A DNA stretch of 64,000 nucleotides, from positions 3,367,780 through 3,431,779 of the forward strand of contig MU058009.1 in assembly GCA_013265495.1 (NCBI GenBank), read 5' to 3'. Shown piece by piece: positions 35,887 through 49,229 of this stretch (position 1 is the first letter of the stretch; every line of letters starts with the position of its first letter). Made by a program: the position numbers and the translations under genes. Below the pieces are notes generated by a model that worked only from the letters and a program-made list of their open reading frames with translations, was not told the origin of the DNA and did no database searches. The stretch is from Vicugna vicugna. Lineage: Eukaryota.

Positions 35887-38800
35887 ATCAGTGTTTTAAG
35901 CTCATTCAGAAGTTCCTGAAAAAATGTGAGGCTGTCGTCGAGCCTGGACCTCAAGTGACCAGGTGACACATTCACTCCTCCAGCTGCTGTCGAAGAGAAG
36001 GGATCAGCAAGAGGACCTCGAGAGGAACGAGTGAGGGGTCAGCCGCTGTCCAGCTCAGCTGCAGACGTGGCCCAAGACCCTGGACAGCACAGGGCTTTGT
36101 GACAGGCTGGGAACAAGCGCCCAGTAACTGCTAGCTGTGCGAGTCTTGCCTCAGGTCTTCATCTTCACTATACAAAACTGCTTTCTTCCGTTTTTTCGTC
36201 TTGCTCAAAACCGTTCTCTCCAGAGCTACCGGAGTGACTGGTGATTTAACACACAGATCTACACATATTGCTCCTCTTTTGAGGTTGCCCATCACCTACA
36301 GGACAAGAGTTTCTTAAGAAAATAACTGAGCTCCTCTGTGTATGGCCAAGCTCTCCAGCCCCCGGCATTTTCTGAGGCACATTTTACTTTCTGTCTGTAC
36401 TAATGTGCGTGGATTGTCACTGGAGGGGGAGTGCCGCGCCCCCGCCTTAAACCCACGTCTTCCACCACATGGCTTAGCTCACGTGTGCCCCCTGTATCCT
36501 TGTGGGCTCGGCTTGGTACCCCTCACTCACAGCCTCTGCACACACCGGGATCACAGAACTCACCAAGTGCACGTGCAAGCCGGCGTCTGTCTCCCTGCAG
36601 CCTTCTCCTCTGCAGTCACAGCGTGGGCCAGCCCGGCGCACGGTGAACGTCCCGACATACGTGCTGTGCTGTCTCCCTGTCTAGGTTGACGTGCGCTCCA
36701 CGTGGGCCCACGGAGACCGTTGCCTTGCACTTTGGCGAACTGGGGAGGTGGGAGAAGGGCTTGCACAATCCCCAGGGTGTGCATTCTGGTCGGACGCAGC
36801 GTGGACAGCATCTCTGGAGCTGTGCAGGAGAGGCTGCGGCAATACGAACAAATCATTAGGAAGCAACTGGTCCGACACGATTAACATGTAACATTTGAGC
36901 TCAGTTAAGGTGACAGGGCCAGGTGGTTAAATGCGGAAGACTGGCACACCTGGCTGACACAGGCCTGGCGGGAGGAAATGGCCGTGGGGGTGGCCACGAG
37001 GGCACAGCTGGAAGGGACGAGCACGGTTGCTGGTGGGGCCCGGCTCCAGGTAGATGCTGGGGATGCAGACGGTTGCCTCTCATTCAAAGGTATCTTCTGT
37101 CCTGGGGAGGCATGTGAGACAGTCTCCCAGCCGGAAGGCACATGAGCTTGAGCAAAGCAGGGTAGCAATGCCTCTCAGTTGCTAGGGTGGGTGTGGAGGG
37201 CTGGACTCAAGTCCCGCGGGGGAGGAGAACCAGCCGGAACCGAGGAGCGGTGACCCAGGCAGGATCTCAGGCATCTGCGCACAGCATGGCAGGGGGTGCA
37301 GTCAGGATGGACTTGGAAAGGGTGATGAGGGTGCCCAGGGCCGTTGTAGGCACCGTCCCCCACCAGGGAGTGGCAGCTGGCCACTGTCTGGAGCACCCGC
37401 GTCACCGGGTTAGAGGAGGCGGCTAACTGTGAACGTCTTTGGGTGTCGCTGGCCCTGCGGACCCGCCCTGGCTTCTCGTTCTCAGATGCAGTGTCATCTC
37501 AGGGACAGGAATGCAGCATCGTTTAAAAAGCAGCTTTCAGGGAAAACAAGATCTGCTTCCACGCGGAACGAGCACGTGGGTTGTGAGAGGCGACCTGGTT
37601 TCAGAAATATTCCAATGTCTTCCACCGAGAGGAGCACAGCTTCCATTTGCGCTGTGGCTGCCACCTCAGGAAGTCGGGCAAGTCCAGTCCCACTGGGCGT
37701 CCTGAGAGGCGGGCCGCCCCCAGGAGGTTCTGCCTGTGGGGGCTCGTGGGGCCTGGGGTTCCAGTGGGGAGAGTGAGGAAGGCAGGGGGCCCCTCCCGCC
37801 TGGGGACCTCACCATCCTGCTTGCTCCTTTCTGAAGCATCACTTTGTCAGGCTGCCAGACCCCAGAATGGCCCCGCTCTCTCTCCTCCCTCTAAGCAGGG
37901 CTGGGCTGGCACTTTGCTTTGACACTTTCTGGGATTTCCTGGAAGAGCCCATGGTCCTCAGTCACCTGCCCACGGGCTGCGCGTCCTTCTCCGCCAAGGA
38001 CACGCTTCCTCGTCTCCCGGGGGCTGTGGGTGAGCTTTGTTACCGTACGTGGGGACTCGCAGAGCAGCTGCCTCTCCGTCTTCTGGGGGTTTGGTGCTGG
38101 TTCTTCATCTTTTCCTGGGTTGGCTGCCCCCGATGGTAGACTCTCCATCAGAGCCCTCTTCCCCTCCCGTACACTGTCAGGGAAGCAATTTATCACTGCA
38201 TTTTAAAAAATCCTCATTAAGGCAAATTAAGGCAGCAACGCTGGCAACAGAGGGCTTTTGAAAAAAATAGCGTTCATGAAATATTTATTAAAACAGCCAT
38301 TGTAATAAATATTTGAAAACCAGTTATTAACGTGAAATCACATCAGTGTCAAGCATACGTTATACGCCGTCTCTTCCACTAATTGAGTGTCAGGGTCAGA
38401 CGCCCCGTCTCCCGGTGGGTCAGCTGGAGCCCAGCGTCCACGTGGCTTCCCCGAAGTCTCCGCAAAGGAGGCTCCAGAACCCAGATCGTCCCGAAACGGA
38501 GCAGCTCCCGGGGCGCTCGGGCCTCCAGCAGCCCCTTGCCCAGCCGGGCGAAGACTCGGGGGCTGGAACAGCAGCGAGTTGGCAAAGTCAGCGTCGGCAG
38601 GAAGGAATTATGGCCCCCCCCGCCCCCCACGACGAGGGCCGCATCTGCCAGCATTTACGATTTCTTTGGGGATGAGACTGATAGACTCACAGAACTGTTT
38701 AATTCCGGGACGTCCTAGAGACCACGTGGAACCAGCCCTGAGCCCAGCCCAGTGTGGTCTTTGCAGCCCCACACCTCTGCCTCCTTTTGGTTTGCGTTCC

Positions 38801-39239
38801 CTTCCCATAAGCCTCATGTGTCCATCTGTGACCCCAGCCCGTCATAGCACCTACAAACCCCACGTCTGCCCGTGACACACCCAGGACCCTCGTGAAGAGC
38901 ACAGCGCGAGCCCGCCGGCACGACTCCCCAGCCCGCCCCTCCGAGTCTGCGCTCAGCCCCAGCAGCCACTGTCCCGGCCGTGTGTTCTCCCATCTCCATC
39001 TCTACCTCCTGGTTGGCTATTTATTTGTCTTTTCTCTGATGCAAAGAAATTTTGGAGGGGAAAACAAACAATCCATGAACCCTCCCCCGGGAACAAACCT
39101 TGCCATCGGCCCTGCTCTGAGGGCCTTACTGGTTGCTGTTGGCTTCCTCCGTTCTGACCACCGTGCCGTGGGTTCTCCCCGCCGCAGGGGTGTGAACCTT
39201 TCTTGGGTTCTCTGTGCTTTCTCTGCTCCTTCCAGCAGT

Positions 39240-39575
39240 GGGGCTGTTCCCTTGCCTGGAGTGCTTTTCCCTCCATCTGAGCAATCAGCCACCTTTTCCT
39301 TTTTCAGTCCCCAAGTGCCACCTCTTAGGGTCACATCCCTGTGGTGGGCGTTCATAGCTCCCCGACCTGCTGACGTAGACCCCGTCAGAGCTGTCGTCTT
39401 ATGTTTGTTTGTGGGATTATTCGACCAACATCTGTTTCCAACCAACTGTAAGATCTGCGAGCAGAAAGGTCTTGCTTTACCCCTCTTGGGACTCTGGCAC
39501 CCAACACAGAACCTGGCACATAACAGGTGCAAAACAAATATATTTGTTGAGTGAATCAGTTAAGGAGGGAATGAA
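39240..39575 (+). mobile_element. L2 3' end
   Basis: GCTGTTCCCTTGCCTGGAGTGCTTTTCCC...CTGTAAGATC...CCTGGCACATAACAGGTGCAAAACAAATATATTTGTTGAGTGAAT. Confidence 0.75.
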
Positions 39576-39639
39576 TAAATAGGTGGATGTCCCACAACTA
39601 TGTTCCCTCTGGGCATTTTGCATAAACACCTACATTTTT

Positions 39640-40164
39640 CAATATTTTATTTATTTTTTAACTGAAGCATAGTTGATCTACAATGTTGTGTTAGTTCCCT
39701 GTGCTGCACAGTAGGACCTTGTTGTCTGTCTGTTCTGTGTACATTCATTTGTATCTGCTAACCCCAAACTCCCAATTTATCCCTCCCTGCTCTTTCCCCG
39801 CTGGTAACCAAAAGTTTGTTTTCTCTGTCTGTGAGTCTGTTTCTCTTTTGTAAATAAGTTCATTTGTGTCTTTTGCTTTTAGATTCTACATGTAAGTGAT
39901 ATCATATAATACTTGTTTTTCTCTGTCTGACCTACTTCCTTAGTGTGATCATCTCCAGGTCCATCCATGTTGCTGCAGATGGCATTGTTTCATTCTTCTT
40001 TATGGCTGAGTAGTATTCTATTGTGTGTGTGTGTGTGTGTGTGTATACACACCACATCTTCTTTTATCCAGTCATCTGTTGATGGACATTTAGGTTGCTT
40101 CCATGTCTTGGCTATTGTAAATAGTGCTGTGAACTTTGAGGTGCATTTATCTTTTCAAATTGGG
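39640..40164 (-). mobile_element. 5'-truncated L1 3' end with internal 3'UTR deletion and (GT)n
   Basis: CCATCCATGTTGCTGCAGATGGCATT, GATGGACATTTAGGTTGCTTCCATGTCTTGG; decayed TSD TAAACACCTACATTTT (39623) versus TAAACTCTTACCTTTT (40165). Confidence 0.93.
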
Positions 40165-41789
40165 TAAACTCTTACCTTTTGACATCAAATAAACCACTGT
40201 ACATGATGTTATTTACTTAATGCACAAACCCAAACTATAGGCACATTCCTATGTTACTGTTCCCATTAAGACAAGATTCAGAGGCTCAGAGAGGTTGGGT
40301 AATTTGTTTAGGGCCGCAGAGCTGGTGAAGAGTAGGTCCTAGGCTCTTGACTTCTGATTTTATACTCTCTCTTTCACACCTTGCAGCCCCCTCTAAAGGT
40401 GAGCCCACCTGTGAAATATTCCAGTGTATACACAGTGGTGTGTATGTGCACATAAAGATATCTTGGCGCTGTTTCCTCCACTCACTCCGCCACTCACTTC
40501 CCATAACCACCACCCAAGGTGCCTTGCATCTGGCCTGAGGTAGGTTCCTTGCATCAGTAAAAACATAAGCAAAAGGCAGGGGTAGAAACTGGCTCTGGAA
40601 AGTGGAGCTTGGTGTGCTTTGTACTGTTCAAAGCAAACAGAGTTCCAAGCAAGCTAGGAGAGGGGACCTCACTTAGATGGATTCAGGTTTCTGAGCCCCT
40701 GACAGTGCCAGAGCCTGCAGAGGTGCCGCCACAATGTTCCAGCAAATATAATAGTAATAAAGCTGTTCAAGCCTGATGAGGGGCCAAGCCAATTATTACT
40801 TTTCAATACAACACAAGCTGAACGAGTTGCCACTGGGGCAAGATAGTTATCCTGTGGGCTTTCCTGAAAGAACAGAATCAACGCCCATTCTATAAACTAC
40901 AGTCTCCGGCAAAGGAAGGGAAGGGGATAAATCTTAACGCCAGGAGAATAACAGATACAGTAAAATCAATATTGATTATTTGGAGGAAAAGGCAGTAAAA
41001 ATGTTAAGTTCTAAGGCTAAAATTATACCAAAAAGCTGGAGTTTAAGCACAGACTAGGGCTCGGGATTGCATACAAAGCATCTTCCGAGCGCCAATCCAG
41101 ATGTTTTATTCCTGGTGTCAAGGCGCTCTGCTTTATGGGAGGACGCGGCCGTGTGTCTGGGGTCCTCAGGCGGGGGAGGCAGGGCAGCGCCCCAGTGGCT
41201 TCCCTTGATTGGGATCTCGTGGGGTCCATAAATCTCTTAACTTTGTTTTTGGCCCTGTCATATTTCTCTGGGGCTGTGGGAGGACGAGGGAGATCTATGT
41301 GTCCTTCACATCGATAAAAGTGAAAAAGAGAAACAGAGCGGAAACAGCCAGGGAGAAGCCAGCTCAGCGACCCCTCCTGGCCGTCTCTCTGCAGCGAGGA
41401 CGAAGGCTGTGTCTCTGTGGAGGGGAGCAGGCGTTCAGAAGACTTGACCGTAAGTCGGAATCGAGGACCGTTCACCCAGCAATGAGCGAGCATCTCAGAG
41501 GGCTTTGCTAACACTGCAGGCTGGACGCGTGCTCGTTCGCCTCTGGCTCCTTCTAAGAAACCACTGAAATCTAAGCACAGAACTGTAAAAAAGAGCAAAA
41601 TCGCATGTAAGAACTGTGAGAAGAGGAGGCGGACGTGGCTGTGCCCCCAACAAACAGGCAGTTTAGCGCACGGCGGGGGGAGGAACTGGAGAGCCAGCAG
41701 TGGTGAAAGGCAAGGAAATTCAGTTTGTTTGGAAGGAGAAAGCGGCCTGCAGCAGCTAGGCACCTCCAGCTCCACCCGAGAAAACACTC

Positions 41790-42010
41790 GGGTTCAGTGA
41801 CGCCGCGGCGGGTTTCCCAGGATGCGCGGTCCGCGCTTTCCTTGCACGGTGGAGCTGAGCGAGCCAGTGGGGGGGGGGAGGTGGGGGGTGGGGAGGGAGG
41901 GCCCGGGGAGCAGACCCGCAGCTCCAGGGTGGAAAGGGGAGAGGGAGGCGGTGTAACAGTGGGAGAGACACAGCGGAGAGAGCCTGCTGGCACCGACCGG
42001 TCGCACCCCT
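41790..42010. promoter_or_regulatory. CpG-rich, G-run-rich segment (possible promoter/enhancer; G4 motif at 41869-41908)
   Basis: GACGCCGCGGCGGG, GCGCGGTCCGCGC, and G10/G6/G4/G3/G3/G4 runs; no repeat recognised. Confidence 0.35.
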
Positions 42011-42593
42011 GCTCCAGCTCGTCCCTTAACCCGAGGGACCCTGTCTCTCAGGCCCCGGGGCCCCGGTGCTTCTCTAAAGCAAGGAAGGAAGGGTGAAGGG
42101 CCAGCTGAGGACAGCCTGGAGGCTCTGACTTAAAGGCTCTGGACCACGATCTGTCCGTCACCTGGGTTCTGTCCCTCAGAGATGTTCCCTGCCATCAAGG
42201 CCACTTTAAAGTGGTAAACTCAGTTTCCATCCAGATGATATAGGCACATGGAGGTAACTCAAACATATCGAGGGCTGATGGTGCAAATAAACCATCCCTG
42301 CACCCTACCCAGCACCCCTCGACACTCCCAGTCCCACTGAGGTCCTTTCAGGGCACCCACGCTCAGCCTTGACTCCACGCTCTGATCCCCTGGGGATCGA
42401 GAAAATCTCAGTGCCCCAGCCTCACCCCGTGGGAGTGACAGCAGCGTCTCTGGGATGGGACCAGACATCAGTGCGCACTGCAGCCCCCCCACCCCCACCT
42501 CCCGCAGTGATTGTCACGTGACACTGAGGCTGAGGCCGTGTTCTACCCAGGGCCTAACAACGGCGAGGGAGCATGTCTACAATTCGATTTCTT

Positions 42594-42923
42594 TATTTTT
42601 TTCCTTTCACTTAAAAAATTTGAATATAATTTAATTAATTTTTTTATTGAAGTATACACAGTGTACGCTGTTATGTCAATTTCTGGTGCACAGCATGTTT
42701 CAGCCACACACGTACACACATATATTCCTTTTCATTCTCTTTTTCACTATAGGTTACTACAGGATATTGAATATAATTCCCTGTGCTGTACAGTATGAAC
42801 TTGTTGTTTATCTATTTTATATACAGTCGTTAGTATCGCAATTCTTGAACACCCAAGTTATCCCTCCGCACCCACTTCCCCCCGGTAGCCATGAGTTTGT
42901 TTCCTATGTCTGCGCGTCTATAG
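42594..42923 (-). mobile_element. 5'-truncated L1 3'UTR
   Basis: TTTTATTGAAGTATA...GGATATTGAATATAATTCCCTGTGCTGTACAGTA; near-perfect TSD AATTCGATTTCTT (42581) versus AATTCCATTTCTT (42924). Confidence 0.92.
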
Positions 42924-42949
42924 AATTCCATTTCTTGATTCATCAGTTT

Positions 42950-45420
42950 TAGTCAATATTCATTTACTTCTTATACAAATAGTGAAAATTCAGATGTTTA
43001 ATACTCCCCTCTCACACACACACACACCTCTCAATATTTGGAACTTTCACTGTTGTTTTAAAAAATTACCCTTGACAAGCCTGATCCATCATTTACATTC
43101 TGGTCTGCAGCCCAAACAAGGCTTCTGGGTTTCAGCCACAGGTTCTCTTTAGAAGTTGAAAACTAATAAAGTGCATTTGCATTATTGTGACCGTGAAAAA
43201 TATGATTCAATCTGTGGCCCAGGAGCGGGCTGGGACTGAATTTCCTTCTCTCTGGGAGTCCCCTCTAGGAGATTCGGAGTCCAGGAGACGCTCTTTTCTC
43301 AGACCCCATCATTTGCTTAAAATCATACCTCGTTTCGTACTGCTGCTTCTTTGGAACGTGAATTTCTCATGCCGTGTGTCTTCATGAGGAATTGAGGACC
43401 CCGTCTTGGACCGTTGCCTTTCTCATGCCCTCAGTTACTTTCCACACTCTCAGTGACCCCACCTGCCCTCCCGAGTCCCCGTTTTCCCTGCTCACCTCCA
43501 TCCTGAGCCTCCATCCTGGACCTCCAATCTCTATGGGTGATTTTTTGGCTTTACGCACAGCAGCTGTCATGAAATGTCCTTATTTGTTCTCTTAAATGAA
43601 ACCCCTGGTTTCTTGGATTATGCATTTTCCTCTTCTGGGGTGACGGAGTACATTTTAAAACAATTTCCCCCAAAAGGCTGATTTAGAAGTAAAATTGTTT
43701 AGCGCTTACATTTAAAAAGTCATGTTATTCTACCCTTACAGTTGATTGATTGTGCAGGTGAGTGTAAAATTCTGGATTAAAATTATATTTCCTCTGAAAC
43801 TGTATTTCACCTTGGTAGGCAACTCTTTTTTTGACCCTCTGGAAGCTTTTAGAATCTTCTATTTGGAATCCACTTAGAGCAGGGTTTTTTGTTTTGTTTT
43901 GTTTTTTGTCTTTTGTTTTTGGCTAATTTTTTATCCCTTAGAAGCTTCTGGAATTGTCTCTTTATCAATGATAACATGTCTAGATGTAGATCTTTTTCTT
44001 TTAATCTAAAAAAACTCATGTCTTTCAGCTCTGGAAATTCTCATGTATTATTTCGTTGACAATTCTTTCCTTCTACTTATTCTGTTTTTTTCTGTCTAAG
44101 GCTCACATTAGCTGGACATCAGATCTTTTGGATCATTCCTCCTCAGCTCTTGGCTTTCCCTCATAATTTCTTTTCTTTAACTTTTCCTTATATCGGGGAG
44201 GCTTTCTTAATTTTGCTTTCTAGTTATAGCACTTAAAATTTGTCACTTGTATGTTTAATACTAACGAGCTCATTCTTATGCTCCAATGATTTTTTTTTTC
44301 ATAATGGAGAAAGTGTCTTCTTGCATCTTTCTGAGGTGATAATGATGATCATGATGATGGTGGTGATGATGGTGATGATGGTGGTGATGATGGTGAGGAT
44401 GTTGGTGATGATGGTGATAATGGTGGTGATGATGAATGTGATGATGATGGTGGTGGTGATGGTGATGATGATGATGATGGTGATGATGATGGTGGTGATA
44501 ATGATGGTGATAATGATGATGGTGATGATGAATGTGATGATGATGGTGGCAGTGGTGGTGATGATAGTGGTGATGATGGTGGTGATGATGATGATGGTGA
44601 TGATGATGGTGGTGATAATGATGATGGTGATGATAGTGGTGGTGATGGTGATGATGGTGGTGATGATGAATGTGATGATGATGGTGGTGATGATGGTGAT
44701 GATGGTGATGATGATGATGATGATGGTGATGATGAATGTGATGATGATGGTGGCAGTGGTGGTGATGCTAGCAGTGATGATGGTGGTGATGATGATGATG
44801 GTGATGATGATGGTGATGATGATGATGATGATGATGATGAAAGTTCTTTTCTGTTTTCACAATCATGTCTTTTTCTTCCAGGGTTCTGTTTTAGTCTTCT
44901 GTTCATCTAAGCCTTTCCTTTTCTGCTCTGGTTCACATATTCCAAGAGATCCTTGTTTACTTATTAATACGTTGGGAAAAATTATTGGGAATTCTGACGG
45001 TGGGCTCTGGGCACTGTGAGGCAGAACCACAGAGCACCAACCTTCTGAACTAAAAGCCTTAACTTTCCACAGTTTGTTCAACTTCTCGAGCAAACATTTT
45101 TTCTCCTTTGTTTTCAGTTTGACTTTTCATTCCTTCCCTCAGCTAGCCCTGCTCACTGCCAGCCCCAAACCGTGTAGGCCTCCCTGGGGTGGTGGCTGGA
45201 CCCCACCTGACCTGCTGGGCCCTTGTAGGCAGCAGCCTTTTGTACCTGCCCCATTTCTCAGCAGGCCTTCCGTCTCCACGACGTGTTCGTCAGTGACTCT
45301 CCTGTCTCCGGCTCCTCTTCCCGCGGCTCCTGCAGCTGGTTTTGTTCCTTCTCACACTTCTGCGCTTGTGTTTCACTTGCTTCTTAGAGGGCACTGGAGT
45401 GCTAGTCCGCCGTTTCAGTC
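42950..45420 (-). mobile_element. Highly diverged old LINE (L1M/HAL1-like) fragments
   Basis: T-rich degenerate sequence, e.g. GTGTAAAATTCTGGATTAAAATTATATTTCCTCTGAAA and CTCATGTCTTTCAGCTCTGGAAATTCTCATGTATTATTTC. Confidence 0.55.
44335..44840. repeat. Long imperfect (GAT/GGT)n trinucleotide repeat
   Basis: About 500 bp in unbroken triplet phase; it produces the poly-Met/Val and poly-Ser/Pro ORFs. Confidence 0.98.
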
Positions 45421-48400
45421 CTAGTAGAGTTCTTTAGGATGTTCAATTACTGCTGGATGGAAGGTCTTCAGTATCAACTTAGAGTTGAGTCTTCTGAATT
45501 TCTGTTCTGAATCAGACGGCTTTCTGAGAAAGAAACATTTTCTAGACTCATCTGTCAGGGATCCAAGCACTACGGCCCTGAGTCAGATAAGACCCAGGCA
45601 AAGACTAGCAGCCCCTCTCCTTTGTAATTGCACCCGCAGGTCATAGACCCACCGTCCCAGAGAACCAGACAGCATCAGACGGGACCACTCAGGTTATCTG
45701 GTAATAGCTTCTCATTTTAGGAATCAGAGACACTAACTGACCTGCTGAAATCACACAGCCAACGACCCCAAACCATCGAACTCTCCTTCATTGTTCCTTC
45801 TACTGCGCCACCCTTAATTTTAATTAAATTAGTGTTGATTAAAATGTAATTTGGATCCTTCAACTGGTGAAAAGGCTGTTTCTAAGTAGGCACAGCTTGA
45901 GAAGTGCAAATATCGTATCAGGGAACCACAGTTTCTAACAGCGACTTTAAAACAAAACTCAGACTTTCTAAGTATGTTTTGGTGGGGACCACATGATCGA
46001 CTCAAAATGTGGACACAGCTCTTTTCCCCTGGCATTTCTGGGACCTGCCCCTGCAGAGTCAGGGCCGGCAGTGGCCTCACCAGAGCAAACCTTGTGGTCC
46101 AGAGATCCTGGCTGTGGCCCGGATCTCCTCCTGCCCAAGGAAGCGTCTCCGTGAGCTGGGGCCTCGGACCCTCAGCCAGAGTGGTGACCGTGGGCCCCAG
46201 GAGTCCCAAGAGGCTTCTCTCAAGGAAGGTGGATTCGTGTTATTTACAAAGCGAATCCTCTGAGTCTGCTGGAGACGACGCTTTTATTTTAAGTTAACAA
46301 AATAAAAAGAGGATAATGAAGCCCAGCCCAGGCCTGGCTCACAAGTCCACACAAAAGCAGATTTGCAGCAGCACGCCGCCGGGCTTTTATGTGGGGCTGC
46401 GCCGCGGAGGGGGCGCGTCCGTCTCGGAGGAGGCTGAAGTGAGCGGGATTGAAAAGGCGCCCTTCCTTTGTTCCCTAATAGGTTGGACGCTTCAGAGTAA
46501 AAAGACTCAAAAGGTGTTAAGCACGATATTTATAATGGCGCCGCCGTGCACCTGTTTTGGTAATAGGCTTTAAGCACTTGAGACACGGACTCGTCCCCCA
46601 GTGCGTGTGTCCGGCTGCATCTCTGCCTTTGTCAGTCTGTCACACAGGAGTTCGCGTCCACACAGCTGCAAGTAAATGCTTGCTAAACCCGAGAGTTGAT
46701 GTCCAGGCCTTAGTTAGCTTAGCATTCAAATGGCCTTAAATTGCCTGGATGATTCAGAAGACGTGTAAGTGGACTGTTTCACGGGAGAGGAGAGCGTGTC
46801 TACGTGATGTGGAAACGCCAGGCAGTAATCACTGCGTTCACGGAGCCTTCCGGGAGCTCAGTCTGTATGTCATGAACTCATCATAAACCAGAGGCATCCA
46901 ACAGCTGCCCCCCTCTGGGTTTTGGTTAATCGCGCAGACCGAGCTGGGACCGTTTTTGTGGGGAGGAGGTTTCTGCTTTCTAGATGAAGTTGGACACTTT
47001 CCAGGGCCTCCGCAAGGTCTGGTCAGAGCTGTCACCAACGACTTTGGACACTCGGGTCTTCCAGGTGCCTGGGCGAGGAGAGGCGAGGCTGTTGAGTGCA
47101 GAAAGGGAAACTGAGACATTTTTGCCCGTGTGGCCCAGCAAGAGGCGAGACTTCAGTATGGCACGAACATCACAAAAGAAGGACCCTCCCCGTTCACGTC
47201 TGCCTGAGGAGCTGCTCGGGAGCGAGAGGCAGGCTGTGCTGGGTGAGGTGAGGAGGAGTTTCAGAGTCAGGTAAGGACACCCGAGCTTTGCAGAGAGAGT
47301 TGAAATAACAGTGTCTTTGTCCATATTGAGTGCGGAACAGTTCGGTGAGACAGCAGAGGAGACAGAAGAAGATGTACAGAGAGGAAAAGGTGATTAATTT
47401 CCCCACTTCTGGTGTGAAAAGTTCATCAACTGAAAAGCCAGGAGTGCATGAATAAGTAGGTAATAATGCGTCTCACTGTCAGGACGGCTCCCTTAATTCA
47501 TTCCTCCCCCACCTACCCCTCGCTCTTGTCTCAGGTTTATCATATTAATGTAGAGTTTTTGGTATCTCTTTGGATCCCTAAGGGTTTTTTTAAATTATTT
47601 TATTTTGTTTTTTTGCAACCTCCCAGCAAGGGTCAGTGGCAAGTCCCCACTGTTAGAAGGAGAATGAGAACATAGCACAGATGGTAAGACTGGACTTCCC
47701 TGGGCCCGCGCTGCCCCGCTGACCAGGCAGAACCATCTCAGAGCGCCAGGCAGTCTTGAGGGCCTTCATGATCTCTTGATACCCAAAGAGGAAACAGGAG
47801 TTAACATTTTCTTCCTTTTTCTGGAAGAATCTTCAGTGCACCAGCTTTGGGGTTTTCAACGTGAACCCACAGATGTATATTAATACATCTATGTCTGCTT
47901 AAAATTTTGCTTGAGTTGAATGCCATCTTCCCTCCTTGTCACTCATGGCTCTAATAATAGCAGCAGTCAGTCTAAGAACAAGGTGTGCATTTATGTACAT
48001 AAAGCGTCACAGCCCCTTCTTCTGGAAGATTTCTGAGTAGACAAGAGAGCTGTTAGCCTACCAATTTATATGTATTTCTCTCCAGGGTGACCTAAGACCA
48101 GATGTTTGTAACCCCAAACAAGGCACACATTTGGCAATTTGGGTAAAAAAAAAAGGATTTTGTTGAGTGAGGAAAATCCTGGACGTTTTGATCTAATACT
48201 GTCCAGTTTCAGTCCTGCGTTTCTGGCCGAGTCCCTCCGGGCTCACCCTCATCAGTCAGCGGCACAGCTTTGTTTGGTTCCGGGCCGTGTGGATGATCTC
48301 CTGCTTAGGGTGACTTCCCCTCCATCCCCCCGAAGGCGCCATGGACGCCCTCTGCAGCACAAACGACAGGGGGATATTTCATTAGTGCGACAGAATTTAA

Positions 48401-49229
48401 TTATCCATTTTTAGACTCGAGCGAGGACGCCAGGCTATCAGCTCAACCCTAGCCAGAAGTGCCCGGGGACCAACTTCTCTGAAGATGAGTGTGTGCCGTG
48501 TGTTCAGAGCCTAGGCTGGTATTTTTTTCCCTGCTCCTTCTGCAAACCTACAAAGGCAGCTCCATCCCCATTGCCAAGCTCACTTCAAACCCTGCTGAGT
48601 ACTGAGCCTGAATCCCAGGCAGAGAATCCTGTCCCTTAGATCTCACCGAAGTTTTTATTTTGATCATGTTTCCATTTATCTTGTTTTTGGTCCCTGACAC
48701 TTTTATCCCCAGTCCTGTGTACGACCAGGTCAGTTTATACCTTCTTCAGTCACTGAACTCTGTTTCTCTTTGAGTTACTATTTTTCTTTTACAGTTGGAT
48801 TAGCTAGTTGGAGGGGGAAAGAGAATCCTCCCAGCTCTGCCCCTGTTTGAACTTGCTCTGTGCCCCCGCACCTCCCACTGAAGCTGTGGGAAGATGCGCC
48901 TCGCCTGACACTCAGGGAAAGCTACCTGCCGTCGGAGCAGAGCTGCGATTGGCCCCGTCTGATGGGGCCGCCCGGGAGAGGCCTTTTCTCCCAGCTTCCT
49001 CGATGAGGTTCGTGCGCTCACATGGACTGGAGAACACATAACATGAGGGCGCCAGGGCGTTGAGATGTGAGGAAACTTGTTCTGATCTTCTAGGTGACTC
49101 ATTTCTCCCTGACGTTCTGTTTGAGTTTCTTTCGTGCACCTCTGTGATATTCCAGGACAAAGGGAAAAGAAAGAGCCTTGAGGTTTCCTAGAATCCCCTT
49201 AAAAAATGTCTTTCTTTCCTTCTGACCAC

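Noticed and set aside
44240..45019. 259-aa Met/Val-rich ORF and antisense 185-aa Ser/Pro ORF
   Set aside because: Both are translations of the trinucleotide repeat within an old LINE; there is no gene context.
47871..47890. Hairpin AGATGTAT-ATTA-ATACATCT
   Set aside because: Arms of 8 bp are too short for a pre-miRNA and are expected by chance.
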